Below are positions 49,003 through 57,724 of a DNA stretch of 64,000 bases, one piece after another; position 1 is the stretch's first letter; each line of letters begins with the position of its first letter. Under the pieces are notes generated by a model that made no database searches, had not been told where the DNA came from, and saw only the letters and a program-made list of their open reading frames with translations. Both the position numbers and the translations under genes were made by a program. Origin of the DNA: Gemmatimonadota bacterium (GTDB taxonomy: Bacteria; Gemmatimonadota; Gemmatimonadetes; Gemmatimonadales; GWC2-71-9); NCBI GenBank assembly GCA_041486305.1, contig JBGPLG010000002.1:70970-134969 (forward strand). Reading direction: 5' to 3'.

Positions 49003-51215
49003 CGCGGGGACTCCGCCAGGACTTTGACGCGCTCACCCAGATCGAGGAAGCGGATGTCGACCGCCAGGGCCCGCTCGTAGAGCGGCAAGGCCTCCCGCCC
49101 GCGGTTCTGCGCCTCCAGCGACCTGCCGAGCCAGTACAGCAATCCGATCTTGTCGTCGTCGGTGCCGGGAACGCCTTCCAGGGCGCGGCGCAGCACCGCC
49201 TCCGAGATGGCAAACTGGCCCTTTTCGAAGAATGCGGCGCCGAGCTGTTCCGAGGTCCTGAGCCGGCCATCGGGAGACCGCAACGCCTTCTGGAACTGGG
49301 CGATGGCCTCGTCGATCAAGCCCATTTCCTTGAAGGCAATGCCAAGATCGTAGTGGGCCTGGAAATCGTTGGCGTCGAGATTGGCCTCGATGCCCCGCTT
49401 GAAGTCGGACAGTGCCTCATGAAAGGCCTGGTCTTCATTCTCGATCGGATGCTTCTGTCCAACCCGCATCCGGGTGTCCCTCGGGGCGTGCTCCTCGTCC
49501 ATGATCAGCGCGCCGAGATCGATGAAGTCGGAGGGGGGCGCCACGGGCGCCACGGGAGGCGCCGCGGCCGCCGGAGCCGGCGCTTCCGGCTGCTGCGGGT
49601 GGGGGGGCTCCGGCGGCGGCAGCATGGTCTCGAGGAGATCGAGCGCCGAGGACGCCTGCTCGTTGTGGGGATCGTGTTCGAGGACCCGGCGATAGACGTG
49701 GACCGCGTGATCCGCGGCATCCATCCTTACCAGGGCGTCGGCCAGCTCGAGATAGGCGTTCACCAGCTCTCCGCGCTGACCCGCCCGGTACGCCACCTCG
49801 ACCTGTTTCTGGTACCGCGCGATGTTCTCGGGATCGGAACGGAGCAGATCGGTGGAGACTTTGAGGGCTTCGTCCCAGCGCCCCTCGGTCTCGAACAGCC
49901 GCTGCGCCTCTTCCATGATCTGGATGCCGGCGCTACGCTCGCCGGCGTCGAGCGCCTCGCGGGCGCGCTCCAGCAGGGCCGCGCCCGGCTCCAGCCCGAA
50001 GGACGGGTCCGCGCCGGCCATGGTGTCTTCGAGCTGCAGATACATCAAGTCGGCCGGGGTCGGGAGCGGTGGCGCGGTCGGCTCGGCCGGGTCCATCGAA
50101 TCGATGTCGTCGAACTGCGCGGCCTCAAGGATGCTGAGCGAGTCGCCCTCCAGGGCCGCTTCCCCCGAGCCTTCCTCGACCAGCCAGGCTACGCCCTCGC
50201 CGCCATCGACGGGCAGTCCCAGGTCCACTGCGGCCTCGGTGAGGTCGAGCATGGGCAGCGAATCGTCCCGCGGTGTCCCGGTCTCGAGATCGGCCGCGGC
50301 CTCGGTGATGATGTCCAGCCCGTCCAGCGGGGAAATCGCGCGCTCCCAGCCCGACTCGGCTCCGGTCCCGGCCGCCGGGTCGACGCCGAGACCCTGCCCA
50401 GCCGCCGCGTGCGGGTCGAGCGAGGCCGCTCCGTGTTCCCCGGTGACCGCTACGATCGCGGGCCCGGTGTCGAGCTGCTCGGCCGCGCTCCCGACCAGCC
50501 CCTCCATGGCCTCGACGCCTTCCGCCGGCGGAGTGGCCTCCTCGCTGGTGTCGAGGAAGATGAGGTCGTTGCCCGACCGATTGGTGCCGAGGGACCCGGA
50601 CTTCTCCACCGCAATGGCATGGAGCCGCTCGCGAGTCTTTCGCGCACCGGTGGCGTCGCCACGGGCCTCCAGTTCGCTCGCCAGCTTCTCGAGCTGCTCC
50701 TGCGCGTCTTCGTTCCGGGAGGAGGCGCGGAGCAGCTCGACCAGCATCAGGCGGATATCGGGATTGGCATGAAACTGATCGGCGAAGAGCTTCAGCGCGG
50801 TAAAGGCCTCCTCCAGCTGGCCGACCCCGTTCATCCGCTCGAGATACTCCAGCAGATTCTTCTTGGCCTCCCCCACGAAATTCTTGCGCGCGTGGAGCTG
50901 GGCGAGCCGGAGATAGGTTGCGGTGCGGCTGGGATTGACCCGGAGGATCTTGCCGCAGAGGGCGATCGCGTTGTTGAAGAAACCCTGGTCGGCATACAGC
51001 TCGGCAGCCTGCTCGTACGCACGCAGCGATGCCATCGTGTCGCCGGCCTTCATCTCCAGGTCGCCAACCCGGTTGTACAGCGCCGGATCCTGGGTGCCCT
51101 CGCCCCCCGCCTCCTCCGCTTCACGGATAGCCTGGAGGTAGACGTCGATGGCGCGACGCCATTCCTCTCGCTGCTCGAACTTTCGAGCGGCTTCTTTCAG
51201 CTTATCCAGATTCAT
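48999..51215 (-). CDS. TPR-repeat protein with central acidic disordered region
   Basis: N-terminal TPR block (AIDVYLQAIREAEE..., AYEQAAELYADQGFFNNAIAL), about 250 aa of acidic low-complexity sequence, and a C-terminal TPR block (HYDLGIAFKEMGLIDEAIAQFQKAL). Confidence 0.6.
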   Translation of the reverse strand: MNLDKLKEAARKFEQREEWRRAIDVYLQAIREAEEAGGEGTQDPALYNRVGDLEMKAGDTMASLRAYEQAAELYADQGFFNNAIALCGKILRVNPSRTATYLRLAQLHARKNFVGEAKKNLLEYLERMNGVGQLEEAFTALKLFADQFHANPDIRLMLVELLRASSRNEDAQEQLEKLASELEARGDATGARKTRERLHAIAVEKSGSLGTNRSGNDLIFLDTSEEATPPAEGVEAMEGLVGSAAEQLDTGPAIVAVTGEHGAASLDPHAAAGQGLGVDPAAGTGAESGWERAISPLDGLDIITEAAADLETGTPRDDSLPMLDLTEAAVDLGLPVDGGEGVAWLVEEGSGEAALEGDSLSILEAAQFDDIDSMDPAEPTAPPLPTPADLMYLQLEDTMAGADPSFGLEPGAALLERAREALDAGERSAGIQIMEEAQRLFETEGRWDEALKVSTDLLRSDPENIARYQKQVEVAYRAGQRGELVNAYLELADALVRMDAADHAVHVYRRVLEHDPHNEQASSALDLLETMLPPPEPPHPQQPEAPAPAAAAPPVAPVAPPSDFIDLGALIMDEEHAPRDTRMRVGQKHPIENEDQAFHEALSDFKRGIEANLDANDFQAHYDLGIAFKEMGLIDEAIAQFQKALRSPDGRLRTSEQLGAAFFEKGQFAISEAVLRRALEGVPGTDDDKIGLLYWLGRSLEAQNRGREALPLYERALAVDIRFLDLGERVKVLAESPR

Positions 51216-51308
51216 GCGGCTCGTGAGCGAAAGGGCCGAACGCCAAAAGCTTGCAGCTTCGTAAGATAGGAAGGCAATGCGGCGGGGGGCAAGGAACCGC
51301 GCCAGGGC

Positions 51309-52844
51309 CTACCGACCCAGGGCCTCCGGGTCGAGCAACCCATCCGCCAGGGCTCGGGCCAGCCGCTCGAGATCCGGGGCCGGCGGGCGGTCCTCCGCAA
51401 GCGGGCCGACCGGATCGGGCATGCCGCGAATTCGGCGATACAGGGCCTCCACTCCGCGCCCTGGCCGCCGGGGGAGCAGGAATTCGAGCCCCTGGGCGGC
51501 ACAGAGGAACTCCGCCGCCACCACTCGCTGCGCGTTGAGCAGGATCCGGCGTGCCTTGAAGGCCGCCGCCATCCCCATGGGGACGAAGTCTTCCTGGTTG
51601 GCATCGGTCGGGATGGAGCCGATGCTGGCCGGATACGCCAGGGTCCGGGACTCGGCCACCAGCGAGGCCGCGGTGATCTGGACCATCATGTGTCCCGACG
51701 AGAGCCCGGGGTCGGCGGTGAGGAACGCCGGCAGGCCCTGGGACAGATCGGGATTCACCAGCCGCTCCACGCGCCGCTCGGCGAGCGCCTGGAGCGTGGT
51801 GAGCGCAATGGCCAGGAAGTCGAGCGCCTGGGCCACCGGCTGACCATGGAAGTTTCCGCCCGACAGCACGTCGCCGTTGGGAAATACCAGGGGGTTGTCG
51901 GTCGAGGAGTTGAGCTCGATTTCGGCGACGTTCGCCGCGAAGGAAATCGCGTCGCCCACCGCACCCAGGACCTGCGGCGTGCAGCGAAGACTGTAGGCAT
52001 CCTGCACCCGGGGGTCGTTTTCCCGGTGGGACTCGCGAATCTCGCTGTCGGCCAGCAGCTCGCGCAGCAGCAGCGCGGCGCGGCGCTGTCCCTCATGGGG
52101 GCGGTTCTCGTGGATCCGCGGATCCAGCGGAGTCGGGGTGCCCCGCAGCGCCTCGAGGCTCATGGCCGCGGCGCCCAGAGCCGAGCGCCAGAGGATCTGG
52201 GCGTCGTGCACCAGGAGGGACAGCAGCGCGGTCTGGGCCTGGGTTCCGTTGATGAAGGCGAGGCCCTCCTTGGGCCCCAGCCGGAACGGGGCCAGCCCCG
52301 CGGCGGTCAGCGCGAGGGCGGCCGGACGGCGTTCCCGGCCCGGCGTGAGTACGTCGCCCTCGCCCATCAACACCAGAGCCAGGTGCGCCAGCGGCGCCAG
52401 GTCGCCGCTGGCACCGACACTCCCCTGCTCCGGCACCCAGGGCACGATCCCGGCATTGAGCAGCGCGATCAGGGCCTGGGGCAGCTCGGGGCGCACCCCG
52501 CTGGTGGGACGCAGCAGGACGTTGGCGCGGAGCAGCATGATGGCCCGAACCACGCCTGCCTCGAGCGGATCACCCACGCCTGCGGCGTGACTCCGGATCA
52601 GATTGAGCTGGAGACGATCGAGTTTCTCGGGGGCGATGTGCACGTTGGCGAGCTTGCCGAACCCGGTGTTGATGCCGTACAGGGTCTCGCCCCGCGCCAC
52701 CGCGCGGTCGATGGTGGCCCGGGACACCCCGGCCCCAGCGAGGGCGGCGGCGGCGGCCTTCACCACTGTCCCGGGTTCCCGGGAGATTCGAACGAGATCG
52801 GGGATGGTGAGGGAGCAGCCGTCGAGGACCAGACTGGTAGTCAT
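51309..52844 (-). CDS. hutH: histidine ammonia-lyase (MIO enzyme)
   Basis: YGINTGFGKLA, MIO-forming GSVGASGDLAPLAHL and the substrate-switch region LIRSHAAG (Ser-His, as in HAL). Confidence 0.85.
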   Translation of the reverse strand: MTTSLVLDGCSLTIPDLVRISREPGTVVKAAAAALAGAGVSRATIDRAVARGETLYGINTGFGKLANVHIAPEKLDRLQLNLIRSHAAGVGDPLEAGVVRAIMLLRANVLLRPTSGVRPELPQALIALLNAGIVPWVPEQGSVGASGDLAPLAHLALVLMGEGDVLTPGRERRPAALALTAAGLAPFRLGPKEGLAFINGTQAQTALLSLLVHDAQILWRSALGAAAMSLEALRGTPTPLDPRIHENRPHEGQRRAALLLRELLADSEIRESHRENDPRVQDAYSLRCTPQVLGAVGDAISFAANVAEIELNSSTDNPLVFPNGDVLSGGNFHGQPVAQALDFLAIALTTLQALAERRVERLVNPDLSQGLPAFLTADPGLSSGHMMVQITAASLVAESRTLAYPASIGSIPTDANQEDFVPMGMAAAFKARRILLNAQRVVAAEFLCAAQGLEFLLPRRPGRGVEALYRRIRGMPDPVGPLAEDRPPAPDLERLARALADGLLDPEALGR

Positions 52845-52931
52845 GGGCGGAAACGTAAGTCGGGAAGTGGGGAGCGGTAAGCGGGGAGCGGGACCGCTCC
52901 GATCACTCGCCGCCCCCGCGACCCGCGCCGC

Positions 52932-54089
52932 TTACCGTCCCGTCGGGCTCAGCTCCGGGTTTCCCGGATCCCGTTGGAACGACCAGTCGAAGATCACCAG
53001 ATTCTGGCCTACGTGGGTGACCCGGAGCCCGCCGAACCGGCTGTGCCCGTCGCCGCCATCCATCTGGAAGACATACCCCCACCCCACCAGCGCCTCGCGG
53101 GCCGTTCGGGTGAACCCGGTGAGCGGTGCGGCGTCGATGTCGGTGAGGTCGCCGATGGGGGCATTGCCATAGACTGTCAGCAGCGTGCCGGCCCGGAGGG
53201 GTGTCAGCAGGATCTTTCCCGTAGCGTCACGGTCGACCGTGAAGTCCACCAGGGGCGATGATCCGGGAAGTACCTGTCCCAGCTCGGCAGTCTGGACCTT
53301 GGCATCGGCGTTCTGATCCCGCCAGAAACGGAATCCAGCGGTCGGGTCGGCCGATTGCCGGGTGGTGACGACGACATTTCGGGCGTCGTCGCGCGGCGTA
53401 TCGGCCCGAGTCGGTGACCAGAGGCTCTCGAACCCCTCGACCGATATTGCCGACACCGCGAAGCATACGGGAACGCCGTTCGTCAAGGCGCCGACCTGAA
53501 ATTCGGGCGCCACGGTGGTGCCTTCGAGGCGCCAGGGCTCCAGGCACTTGTTGGCGTCGAGGTCGTAGTCCGCGCTGTAGACCCGGTAGTTCCGGAATCC
53601 GGCGGGATCGCTGGTGGCCGGGTTGTCCGACCAGTAGAGATAGATCCCCCCGTTCACCGAGATGCTCGCGAGCGAGGCCGGCCGGTCCAGGGTGAGCCGC
53701 TCGTCCACCGTGATGACATCGCTGCCATCGCTTTCGACGCCATCGAGGCTGACCGCCGTCACGTAGTACTGCAACTGGGGCGCGCCGCGCTCGTGGAAGC
53801 TGGGGCTCGAGGTCTCGGCCCGAAACAGGAAACTGCCCGCCGTGCCGCCGCGACTGTACACCCGGAAGCTGCCCGCGGCGGAATTGTCGTCCCAGGTGAG
53901 CAGCACGCCGGACGGATCGCCGGGAGTGCCGCTCGCCTCGACTTGGTAGCGGAGGTGGGTGGGTGGATCGAGCAGCCGACCGCCCGGGCCGGTCGGATCA
54001 TAGGAGCAGGCAGAGAGAACAATGGTGAGAGCGATACAGCTCCCGGCGAGGCGAGACACGGCATGCTCCAGATCGAGGACGCGCGCCAT
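52932..54089 (-). CDS. lipoprotein with FN3-like beta-sandwich repeats (hypothetical)
   Basis: Lipobox LSAC. GTG at 54057-54059 would give a cleaner lipoprotein signal, M-SRLAGSCIALTIVLSAC. Two segments have FN3-like patterns (L.W..N.....FRVYS; LYWSDNP...FRNYRVYS). No specific family recognised. Confidence 0.55.
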   Translation of the reverse strand: MARVLDLEHAVSRLAGSCIALTIVLSACSYDPTGPGGRLLDPPTHLRYQVEASGTPGDPSGVLLTWDDNSAAGSFRVYSRGGTAGSFLFRAETSSPSFHERGAPQLQYYVTAVSLDGVESDGSDVITVDERLTLDRPASLASISVNGGIYLYWSDNPATSDPAGFRNYRVYSADYDLDANKCLEPWRLEGTTVAPEFQVGALTNGVPVCFAVSAISVEGFESLWSPTRADTPRDDARNVVVTTRQSADPTAGFRFWRDQNADAKVQTAELGQVLPGSSPLVDFTVDRDATGKILLTPLRAGTLLTVYGNAPIGDLTDIDAAPLTGFTRTAREALVGWGYVFQMDGGDGHSRFGGLRVTHVGQNLVIFDWSFQRDPGNPELSPTGR

Positions 54090-54189
54090 AGAGCAGCGGT
54101 CATGCCATCAATATGGAACCGGTAACGCGTTGGGAGGTATTGAGTTGTGGAAAATGGCCGCGCTTGGCCCTGTCCGCTCCGGAGGACAC

Positions 54190-56994
54190 TCAGGGACGGA
54201 TGGTGGTCTGGTTGTAGTCGAACTTGATGTCGGTGAAGTCGGTGAGGAACACCGAAAAGAAGAACGCGAAGTTGCCATTGGGGCTCTTCACGAAGTTGAA
54301 CGCCGCCCGCCACTCGTGCAGGTCCCGGCTGAGCTGAATCTGCTGCGATTCGAATTTCCCGTCGGTCGCGTTGTACTGGGTGGCCCAGGTCACGCCCCAG
54401 AACCGGGTCGGGCTGAAGGTGGTGTTGAGCCCGATGCTGCTCCGGTTGCTGGAGGGCTGCCGCACTCCGGCGGCGTCGAATACCGGCCGGCTCCGCGACA
54501 TGTTGACCGTGATGTTGGACTGGAAGGGGCGCCCCCCCCGCGAATACATCTGGTTCGGATTGAGGATCAGGTTGCGGCGCAGGTCACCGGGGAGCGGAAC
54601 GCCCCCCATCCCGACCGGAGGCTGCTGCTGGCCCGCGATTTCGGCGGCCGGGCGCTTCACCAGGCCGATCAGGGATCCGATCTGCTGGAAGGTGTGCCCG
54701 GTGATGGAAAACCCCGCGTTCACGCTCTCCAGGAACGGCTTGAACTTCGAGCTCCGGAGGCCCACTCGACCATCCCACAGGTTGTGGGAAACGGAGAAGC
54801 TGAATCCGGGCAACAGGTCACTGGCCAGCGTGTTCTGGAGGTTCTGGGTGGTCCACCCGGTCTGGCCCGGCTGCTTGGACTGCTCGATGTCGAACCCGAT
54901 CGTGCTGGTGCTGATGCTCAGCAGCCGGAACTTCTTCGCGCTGGTGCCGGCGGTGTCGTTGGCGGCCGGCTTGCCCTTGGCCTCGAAGTTCTGGTTCAGG
55001 GTGAGCTGAACACTCTGGGAGGCGATGGTCTTCCGGAGGTTCGGCTGGCCGATCGCGCGGGCATAATCGGCCGGGATGGTTCCCGGGGGAGAGTAGCTCC
55101 AGGAGATGCTGGGCGAGATGCTGTGCCGGATTCGTGCGATGCCGCCGATGCCCCCGAAGAACGCGAAGAACGTCGGGGAAATCGAAGCGCCAAAGGAGAG
55201 CCGCTTGCCCTGGTAGACGAAATTGCCGCCGGTCAGGGCGTTGCGGACCGCGAAGGTGCCCGGCCCCGAATTCACGATGCTGACGCTGGGCGACAGCTTC
55301 CAGGTGGGACTGAAGAGGATCGGAAGGTTGATTCCAGTCTGCCAGTCGACCGTAGTGGAAAAGCCCCCGGTCCGGAACCGGCTCACCGTGATCGAGTCGC
55401 CGGGGTCCGGCGTGTCGAGGTTGGGAATCCGGACGTTCGCCGTCGAATACCGGCCGGTCGAATCGTTGTCCACGACCAGGATGGAGTTGGCCCAGTTGAA
55501 CGAGCCGATGCGCAGCGGCGTCTGCATCGACATGGTCGAGATCCTGGTATGGCCCGTCAGCTTGATGCTGTCGACCTGTCCCGGCGCCCCGGGAACCAGG
55601 AGAACCCCGTTGGGCGTCTTGTAGAGGTTGTCGTTGGTGAACGAAAACCCGGGAGACCAGGTTATGCTCTTCCCGATGTCGATCGACTTGGGACTGATCG
55701 TGAGCGTCGGCGCGGTGAGCTGGGCGCTGCCGTCGTTGATGTTCTGATGCCCGGTCAGTCCCAGGTCCACGTTGCCCCAGGCAAACCGCTTGGTGAAGCG
55801 GGCCCCGCTGGTGATCTGCTGGGTGGTCTGGCGCGGATCGATCGAGTTCCGGGACAGGATCGAGCTGTTGGTCACGTAGTTCGCGTCCACGCTCATGCTG
55901 GTGGAATTGTTGAAGCTCTGGTTGTGGAACCAGCGGATCTGCTTGCCGGTCCCTCCGCCGCTCTGGTTCTGCACCGAATAGGAGAGGTTCCCGCTGAAGA
56001 AGCGGTTCAGGACCCGGTACTGGGCGGTAATGCCCCATTGCAGGTAGCGGTTGTTGAACCAGTCGAGCTGCAGCTGCGCGTCGAAGTAGTCGTTCGGGGC
56101 CCAGTAGTAGCCGATGTTGGTGACTTGTCGGTTGTACCCCTCGGTGGGCCGCACGATGTCGTTGAAACCGAATTGGGGAATCAGAATGCCCGAGTGCCGG
56201 CCGGACTTGGTGTCCTGGAATATGAACGGAATCCATGCCACCGGGACGTCCCGGATGTAGAGCACCGCAGGCCGGGCCACCATCACCGACCTCGAAACCC
56301 ACTTCATTTCCTTGGCCGAGAAATGGTAGTGCGGGATCGGCAGGTCGCAGCTGGTCAGCTCGGCATCGCCGCCGTAGAGCCGGCTCTGGTTCTGGTCGAT
56401 CGCCAGGTTGCCCCGGATGAACCAGTTGCCTCCCCCTTCGGTGAGCTGGGTCAGGGCGTCGCGGATCACCCCGCGCTCCTTGCAGGTGTCGAAGCGAGCC
56501 GACTCGCCGATCAGCACCTGGCCGTTCTGAAACATGTGCGGCTCACCGGTGGCCTCGACCTGGCACTCCCCTTCCTGGTACCGGATCGAGGCTGCCTCCA
56601 CGACCGCTCCGGAACGGTCGGTCATCGCGTTACCCCGCAGATGGACCAGCTTGTCGGCGGCCTGGACCGTGGCCGAGTCGGCGCGATAGCGAGTGATCTC
56701 GTAGCCCTCCAGGTCCATCAGCTGGGACATGATCGAGTCGGGCGCCAGGAACGACATCCTGGGCGCCGAAGGAAGCCCCAGCCGCCGTGCGCTGGCCGAA
56801 TCGAGCTTGCGGGTGCCGGTCCGGGCCTGCGGCACCGTGTCACGGCCGGCCATCCCCGGGATTCCGGGCTGGCCCGGCCGGATCGGGCCCTGCGGAAATG
56901 GCTGCTGGGCCCGGCCGGTGGAAGGAAGCAGGCAGAGCAACAGGATCAGCGCTCCGGCCGCCGCTTCGGATTTTCGCTTCCGCTTCTGCACCAT
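54190..56994 (-). CDS. lptD: LPS-assembly outer-membrane protein LptD-like (from the internal Met with signal peptide)
   Basis: Internal ATG 56992-56994 gives MVQKRKRKSEAAAGALILLLCLLPSTGRA|QQ, a Sec-type signal. This is followed by an OstA-like N-domain and LptD hallmark blocks (LTSCDLPIPHYHFSAKEMKW; VPVAWIPFIFQDTKSGRHSGILIPQFGF), then a long beta-barrel-like C-terminus. It is in frame with, and not separated by a stop from, tatC upstream. Confidence 0.7.
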   Translation of the reverse strand: MVQKRKRKSEAAAGALILLLCLLPSTGRAQQPFPQGPIRPGQPGIPGMAGRDTVPQARTGTRKLDSASARRLGLPSAPRMSFLAPDSIMSQLMDLEGYEITRYRADSATVQAADKLVHLRGNAMTDRSGAVVEAASIRYQEGECQVEATGEPHMFQNGQVLIGESARFDTCKERGVIRDALTQLTEGGGNWFIRGNLAIDQNQSRLYGGDAELTSCDLPIPHYHFSAKEMKWVSRSVMVARPAVLYIRDVPVAWIPFIFQDTKSGRHSGILIPQFGFNDIVRPTEGYNRQVTNIGYYWAPNDYFDAQLQLDWFNNRYLQWGITAQYRVLNRFFSGNLSYSVQNQSGGGTGKQIRWFHNQSFNNSTSMSVDANYVTNSSILSRNSIDPRQTTQQITSGARFTKRFAWGNVDLGLTGHQNINDGSAQLTAPTLTISPKSIDIGKSITWSPGFSFTNDNLYKTPNGVLLVPGAPGQVDSIKLTGHTRISTMSMQTPLRIGSFNWANSILVVDNDSTGRYSTANVRIPNLDTPDPGDSITVSRFRTGGFSTTVDWQTGINLPILFSPTWKLSPSVSIVNSGPGTFAVRNALTGGNFVYQGKRLSFGASISPTFFAFFGGIGGIARIRHSISPSISWSYSPPGTIPADYARAIGQPNLRKTIASQSVQLTLNQNFEAKGKPAANDTAGTSAKKFRLLSISTSTIGFDIEQSKQPGQTGWTTQNLQNTLASDLLPGFSFSVSHNLWDGRVGLRSSKFKPFLESVNAGFSITGHTFQQIGSLIGLVKRPAAEIAGQQQPPVGMGGVPLPGDLRRNLILNPNQMYSRGGRPFQSNITVNMSRSRPVFDAAGVRQPSSNRSSIGLNTTFSPTRFWGVTWATQYNATDGKFESQQIQLSRDLHEWRAAFNFVKSPNGNFAFFFSVFLTDFTDIKFDYNQTTIRP

Positions 56995-57705
56995 CCAGAC
57001 GCCCGCCACGCCGATTTCATAGAGTAGCAGGAGCGGAATGGTGAGCATGAACATCGACAGCACGTCGGCGCCGGGCGAGAGGACCGCGCCGAGAATGAAA
57101 CTGCCCACCACCGCGTAGGGCCGAACCTTGTTGAGCAGCGGCGTCGCGACGATGCCGAGCCCCGCCAGGATGATCATCAGGAGCGGCAGCTCGCAGGACA
57201 GGCCCAGGGCCAGGACGATCTGCATCACGAACGAGAAATACGCGTCGTACGTGATCATCGGATTGAAGGTGCCCGCCTGCACCCCCATGAGGACCCGCAG
57301 TGCCTGCGGGACGATGAACAGGAACGCCGCCGAGGCCCCGGCCAGGAACAGGCCGAGCCCGACGAACAGCGCCGGCACCAGGGTCTTCTTTTCCTTCTCG
57401 TAGAGCGCCGGGGACAGGAACGCCCACAGCTGCCAGAGCAGGATCGGCGAGGCCAGGACCAACCCGACGATGAGCGCCAGCTTGAGGACGATCATCAGCG
57501 GCTCGGTGGGCGAGAGCACCGTGAGCTGGCCGCCGGGGAGATACGCGGCGATCGGCCGCTTGAGCAGGTCTACCAGCCGGAACCGGTTGACCAGCCAGAG
57601 CCCCACCGCGAAACACGCCACGATCGCGAGCAGGCTGCGCAGGATGCGCGAGCGGAGCTCCTCGAGGTGGTCGAGGAACGGCATTTCGCCGGCGGTACGG
57701 GGCAT
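56995..57705 (-). CDS. tatC: TatC-homologous segment (twin-arginine translocase subunit); no in-frame stop before lptD
   Basis: MPFLDHLEELRSRILRSL, six hydrophobic segments, LSPALYEKEKK loop, and ends ...LLLLYEIGVAGVW. Start is ATG 57705 or 57684. The reading frame continues uninterrupted into the LptD-like sequence (track ORF 54190..57705). Confidence 0.7.
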
Positions 57706-57724
57706 GGAGGTTCCGGAACCGCCG

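Noticed and set aside
51309-52844. Orphan MIO ammonia-lyase as a possible tyrosine or phenylalanine ammonia-lyase or aminomutase, i.e. a secondary-metabolism marker.
   Set aside because: The substrate-selectivity position reads Ser-His (LIRSHAAG), as in histidine ammonia-lyases rather than His-Leu or Phe-Leu. No biosynthetic neighbours are present. The absence of hutU and hutI from the window is noted but unremarkable.
52885-52900. Short hairpin GGAGCG-GGAC-CGCTCC downstream of the lipoprotein gene as a possible terminator.
   Set aside because: The stem is only 6 bp and there is no U-tract on the relevant strand. This is too weak to call.
54022-57027. Very long alternative-strand or alternative-frame ORFs. 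Examples are 54022..57027 + (1001 aa), 38818..41514 + (898 aa), 31030..33495 + (821 aa), 49353..51269 + (638 aa) and 12147..13790 + (547 aa).
   Set aside because: Each lies antisense to, or out of frame with, a gene that has strong family signatures (lptD, accC/pilT, alaS, TPR, asnB). Their translations are Arg/Gly/Pro/His-rich with no motifs. This is the expected artefact of stop-codon scarcity in high-GC DNA.
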